A stretch of 64,000 nt of DNA. Source: Candidatus Saccharibacteria bacterium UBA6824. GTDB taxonomy: Bacteria > Patescibacteriota > Saccharimonadia > Saccharimonadales > UBA10212. Every line of letters starts with the position of its first letter. Within the stretch, counting starts at the first letter, position 1. Below are positions 60,966 to 64,000 of this stretch, piece after piece. Below the pieces are notes generated by a model. That model searched no databases. It was not told where the DNA came from and worked only from the letters and a program-made list of their open reading frames with translations. The stretch spans positions 9,851-73,850 of the forward strand of contig DKEK01000003.1 of the NCBI GenBank assembly GCA_002452155.1, given 5' to 3'. The translations under genes were made by a program, and so were the position numbers.

Positions 60966-63038
60966 CTAGCTCTCGTGGCTTAGGCGGACTTCGTTAGAAG
61001 ATGCTGCCGGAGGTGCGGGTGCCGCTGGTGGTGGCTTAACTTCTGTTTTAATTGCTCGCACCGGCGCCGAAGAGGCAACACCTGACTGGACTGGTGGCAT
61101 GGGCGGTGGGAGTACCGGCTCGGCTATCTGTGAAGCAGGTGTTAGTCCCGGCGCCAGTTCTTCCGGCGTCGGCATAGCGAGGGGCCCCGTATCTATGGCC
61201 TGCGGCGCGTTGTCGCCGGGGTTAGAAGTAATAAGGCCGGTTTCGGTTGGGCTAGCAATGACCTGAATGTGCACATGATTTTGGCCGGCAAAGAACAACC
61301 CTTGGCCAATCGGGAACTGACTGAGCCGCTTGGTTTCCTCGCTAGTTAGCTTGAAAACATCAGCTAGCACATCCACCGCGCTGGGGCTTTGTTTTAGCAG
61401 GATTTGCATACTGGCGTTAGCTACGATCGCCCGGCCCATACGTGAAGCCATAAAGTCCTCAACATCCTGGGTTATGGTAGTTAGCCCCAAGTTGTATTTG
61501 CGTGCCCGCTTGGCGAGGCTGAACATAAAGTTGGCGCTGTCTTCATAGCGCATTAGCTGCCAAGCCTCGTCGACAATTAGCAGTCGTTTTTTGCGCTCGG
61601 CCTTGGTCTTATTCCAAATGTAGTTCAGCACAATATACATAGCTACAGGTCGCAATTCATCCTCTAAATCGCGGATGTTGAAAACCACCATCGGATTATT
61701 AACGTTAACATTACTGGGCTGCGAAAATATACCGGCAAAAGTCCCGCTGGTATACTTGCGCAGGCGTTGGGCTAAACTAGGCCCGGTACCGCCCATATGA
61801 AGCAGTGTATCGTATAGATCGCTGACGGTTGGCGGCGGTGAGCCATGGGTCAATGGGTCATTAGTGATGCCGGCTTTGGCGTAAGTTTCAATTAAGGCTG
61901 CGTCCAGGTCAGCTTCTTCGGCCGGGCTAAGTGCCGGTGCTAACGCCGAACCGCCGCCTTGCACCATTTGAGTTTGGGCGCCGCCCATCATTAGGCGCAA
62001 CAGCCCATGCAGTGTAATTAAATTAGAGCGCAGAGCATTGTCGGCTTCCTCACTGTCAACCACCTGAGGCAGGTCAAACGGGTTGATGCGCGTCGGGCTG
62101 GCCAGGCTGAGGCGTACATAGGCGCCGCCGACGGCATCGCACATCCGCTGGTATTCATTTTCCGGGTCAATGATAAAAACTTCGGTGCCGAACATCATAC
62201 TGCGCAAGGCCTCTAACTTAACCGTAAAGCTCTTACCGGCACCGGATTTGGCAAACACCACGCTGTTACTGTTTTCTAAAGAAAATCGGTCAAAAATTAC
62301 CAGGCCGGAGTTATGCATATTAATGCCGTATAAAATCCCGTTTTCCTGCGTCAGGTCGGCGCTGGTGAAGGGGAAACTGGTGCTCAGTGCGCCGGTATTC
62401 ATGTTGCGATAGATTTGTAGCTGGTCGACATACTGCGGGATGGTGCTGTTTAGGCCTTGTTCCTGCTGGGCGGTCGCCGGCTTGGAATAAATTAGTTGCT
62501 GACCAAGCATTGACTCAACCTTATGACTGACAAACTCCAGCTCTTCCATTGAACTGCCGTAGATAGTGAAATAAAAACCAAAACGGAAGAAACGTTCTTC
62601 ACCAACCTGCAGTTTGTCGCGCATCTCTTCGGCATCTTGGACAGTCACTTGCTTGCCCGGATCGCGCACCCGGCCTTTCTCGGCATCGATTTGGATGCCG
62701 GCTTCCAGTTGGGAAACCTTTTTCCGCAAGTTATTTAAGACAATCTGGCTGTCAACCGGCTGAATAACCATCGACAGGTCAATAACTTCGTCTAGGTTAA
62801 TCATGCCAGACAGCCAACCGGTATAGACCTGCCGGGGGTAGCCGTAAACATAATAGGTTCGGGCAAAGCGTGTGCCAATTCTAAAATGGTTCCCATTAAA
62901 TTCGAGCGAACTGGGGGCGATGAAATCGCGCAGGGCGGTAACACCTTTAGCAAAAGCCCGGCTGACCTCTTGCTTTTCCAGCGCCTGCTGCTGGGCTACA
63001 GGATCAAGCTGGCTATTTTTATTACCAAACCCCAGCAT
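60966..63038 (-). CDS. virB4: VirB4/TraE/TrsE-family type IV secretion ATPase
   Basis: N-terminal VirB4-type domain (FIAPSSLEFNGNHFRIGTRFARTYYVYGYPRQVYTGWL), Walker A VVFAKSGAGKSFTVK, Walker B RLLIVDEAWQL, and the TTITQDVEDF block. The C-terminal ~80 aa are Pro/Ala-rich. Confidence 0.85.
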   Translation of the reverse strand: MLGFGNKNSQLDPVAQQQALEKQEVSRAFAKGVTALRDFIAPSSLEFNGNHFRIGTRFARTYYVYGYPRQVYTGWLSGMINLDEVIDLSMVIQPVDSQIVLNNLRKKVSQLEAGIQIDAEKGRVRDPGKQVTVQDAEEMRDKLQVGEERFFRFGFYFTIYGSSMEELEFVSHKVESMLGQQLIYSKPATAQQEQGLNSTIPQYVDQLQIYRNMNTGALSTSFPFTSADLTQENGILYGINMHNSGLVIFDRFSLENSNSVVFAKSGAGKSFTVKLEALRSMMFGTEVFIIDPENEYQRMCDAVGGAYVRLSLASPTRINPFDLPQVVDSEEADNALRSNLITLHGLLRLMMGGAQTQMVQGGGSALAPALSPAEEADLDAALIETYAKAGITNDPLTHGSPPPTVSDLYDTLLHMGGTGPSLAQRLRKYTSGTFAGIFSQPSNVNVNNPMVVFNIRDLEDELRPVAMYIVLNYIWNKTKAERKKRLLIVDEAWQLMRYEDSANFMFSLAKRARKYNLGLTTITQDVEDFMASRMGRAIVANASMQILLKQSPSAVDVLADVFKLTSEETKRLSQFPIGQGLFFAGQNHVHIQVIASPTETGLITSNPGDNAPQAIDTGPLAMPTPEELAPGLTPASQIAEPVLPPPMPPVQSGVASSAPVRAIKTEVKPPPAAPAPPAASSNEVRLSHES

Positions 63039-63904
63039 TAGTTAGCCTCGTTGTCCAGGTTTGGTTGCGGTGCTCTACCTTGACCCTTGTCTATTACTTC
63101 GGCTGTCAAATCATCCGGATTGCCTAGCTGCTGACGGACGGCGGTGTCAGGGTTATAGGCTTCGTAATAAAGTTCAATTAACTCCTGAGTATCTAGCGGT
63201 ACACTCTGGACACCGCACTGTAATAGTCCCTGCATGGCCGCCTGGACCCGATTTTTTAGTTCGGTCTTAGCGTTCTGCAGGGTATTTTCGTCGATTACTA
63301 CGTGCGGCGTTTTACTGCCGCCCACCAAATCGGCCAAGCCCGTAAAAAAACCGGTGCTGGTTCTGAGAGTCCGGCGGATGTCAGCATTGGCGTCAGGGTA
63401 GCCGATGACCATATAAAACTTTTTGTCCATAATGTTTGTTTGGCCGGCGATGTCGGCCAAAAAGGCCACGTAATCTTCCATTAGGAGCGCAAGCAACATG
63501 CTTTCTTGTTGGGAGCGGATCCTGTCCAACTTATCTAGATAGGGCCCTAGGTCAACTTTTTGGCTGCGTACAAATATCTGGATTGGAAAATATAGCGAAT
63601 TCAAAAAGCCCTGGTAGGCGAACTCCACTGCCTCGCGCTCCTGGGGGCTCATGAGATCAAAGTTGATAGCCTTACACATAATCACAGCCCGAAAGGTGCC
63701 ATCATTCATGATTACTAAGCCGTCGCGGATTTCACTTATGTGCAGCGTATTTTGGGTACTGTTGGGGTTGGGCGCCGGTCCTCCGCCTGTCCCGGTCGGC
63801 AGTTGGGGCATCGTTGGAGATAATTGCAAACCAGGCCCAGCTGCTGCCGGGCTGGCCGATACTCCCGGGGTTATAATATTCGGCGACTGGTTTGGATTCA
63901 TCAA
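63038..63904 (-). CDS. stand-alone protein resembling the N-terminal domain of VirB4-type ATPases, with P/G/Q-rich N-terminus
   Basis: LHISEIRDGLVIMNDGTFRAVIMCKAINFDLMSPQEREAVEFAYQGFLNSLYFPIQIFV follows the same pattern as the start of conjugative VirB4/TraC proteins (an initial beta-hairpin, then the 'nf.l.s..e' segment). No Walker motifs. 1-nt overlap with virB4. Confidence 0.5.
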   Translation of the reverse strand: MMNPNQSPNIITPGVSASPAAAGPGLQLSPTMPQLPTGTGGGPAPNPNSTQNTLHISEIRDGLVIMNDGTFRAVIMCKAINFDLMSPQEREAVEFAYQGFLNSLYFPIQIFVRSQKVDLGPYLDKLDRIRSQQESMLLALLMEDYVAFLADIAGQTNIMDKKFYMVIGYPDANADIRRTLRTSTGFFTGLADLVGGSKTPHVVIDENTLQNAKTELKNRVQAAMQGLLQCGVQSVPLDTQELIELYYEAYNPDTAVRQQLGNPDDLTAEVIDKGQGRAPQPNLDNEAN

Positions 63905-63919
63905 GCAATCTCCGACTGC

Positions 63920-63994
63920 AGCTTAAAGCTCAAAGCCGTTAGCTGAAAGCACAGCTGCGTAGATATGTATTTTTTCGGCTTTAGGCTTTTAGCT
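63920..63994. repeat. AAAGC-rich hairpin element, copy B
   Basis: AGCTTAAAGCTCAAAGCCGTTAGCTGAAAGC ...22-nt loop... TTTCGGCTTTAGGCTTTTAGCT. The arms are co-linear with copy A at 50632-50691. Confidence 0.6.
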
Positions 63995-64000
63995 GAGGAC

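Overview
This window looks like the chromosomal origin region of a small-genome, probably monoderm bacterium. My guess is Patescibacteria/CPR, Saccharibacteria-like. That guess rests only on gene content and protein architecture, because I could run no searches.

Layout, left to right:
- 1-15.3 kb: housekeeping and envelope genes. These include an MMPL transporter fragment, a GAD-less AspRS, a CBS/DUF21 protein, DsbA, an NRAMP transporter, a Kef-type antiporter, a 553-aa hyper-acidic orphan, YggT, a three-gene flavinylation module (RnfD-like::FNR fusion, ApbE, FMN-binding protein), tRNA-Asn, and a class-V PLP enzyme.
- 15.4-17.9 kb: a compositionally foreign high-GC islet encoding a secreted FN3 protein. 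It is bracketed by a PAP2 gene and a displaced copy of that gene's 3' end.
- 18.8-46.5 kb: a roughly 27-kb cell-surface glycan super-locus. It holds GtrA, an O-antigen-ligase-like protein, a WbaP-like primer, Wzx, a GtrB-like GT2, a GT-C-like membrane protein, about seven GTs, a candidate GDP-D-rhamnose pathway (PMM-like, NDP-sugar pyrophosphorylase, Gmd, Rmd), a Wzm/Wzt ABC exporter, and an FkbM methyltransferase. Two large secreted enzymes sit inside it, each ending in the same tandem bulb-type (QxDxNxVxY) lectin module.
- 48.6-55 kb: the canonical origin block jag-yidC-rnpA-rpmH / dnaA-dnaN-recF, with DnaA-box clusters on both sides of dnaA.
- 55.8-64 kb: a minus-strand operon resembling a Gram-positive-type type IV secretion system. 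It contains a PEGA protein, a three-domain peptidoglycan hydrolase, an 862-aa membrane protein, a VirB4 ATPase and a VirB4-N-like protein, and it runs off the right edge.

The most interesting candidates are the lectin-targeted secreted enzymes embedded in a D-rhamnan-like locus, the T4SS-like operon next to oriC, the RnfD::FNR/ApbE/FMN-binding module, and the high-GC islet.

All functional calls come from motifs I recognise in the supplied translations. No rRNA, CRISPR array, transposase or integrase was seen.
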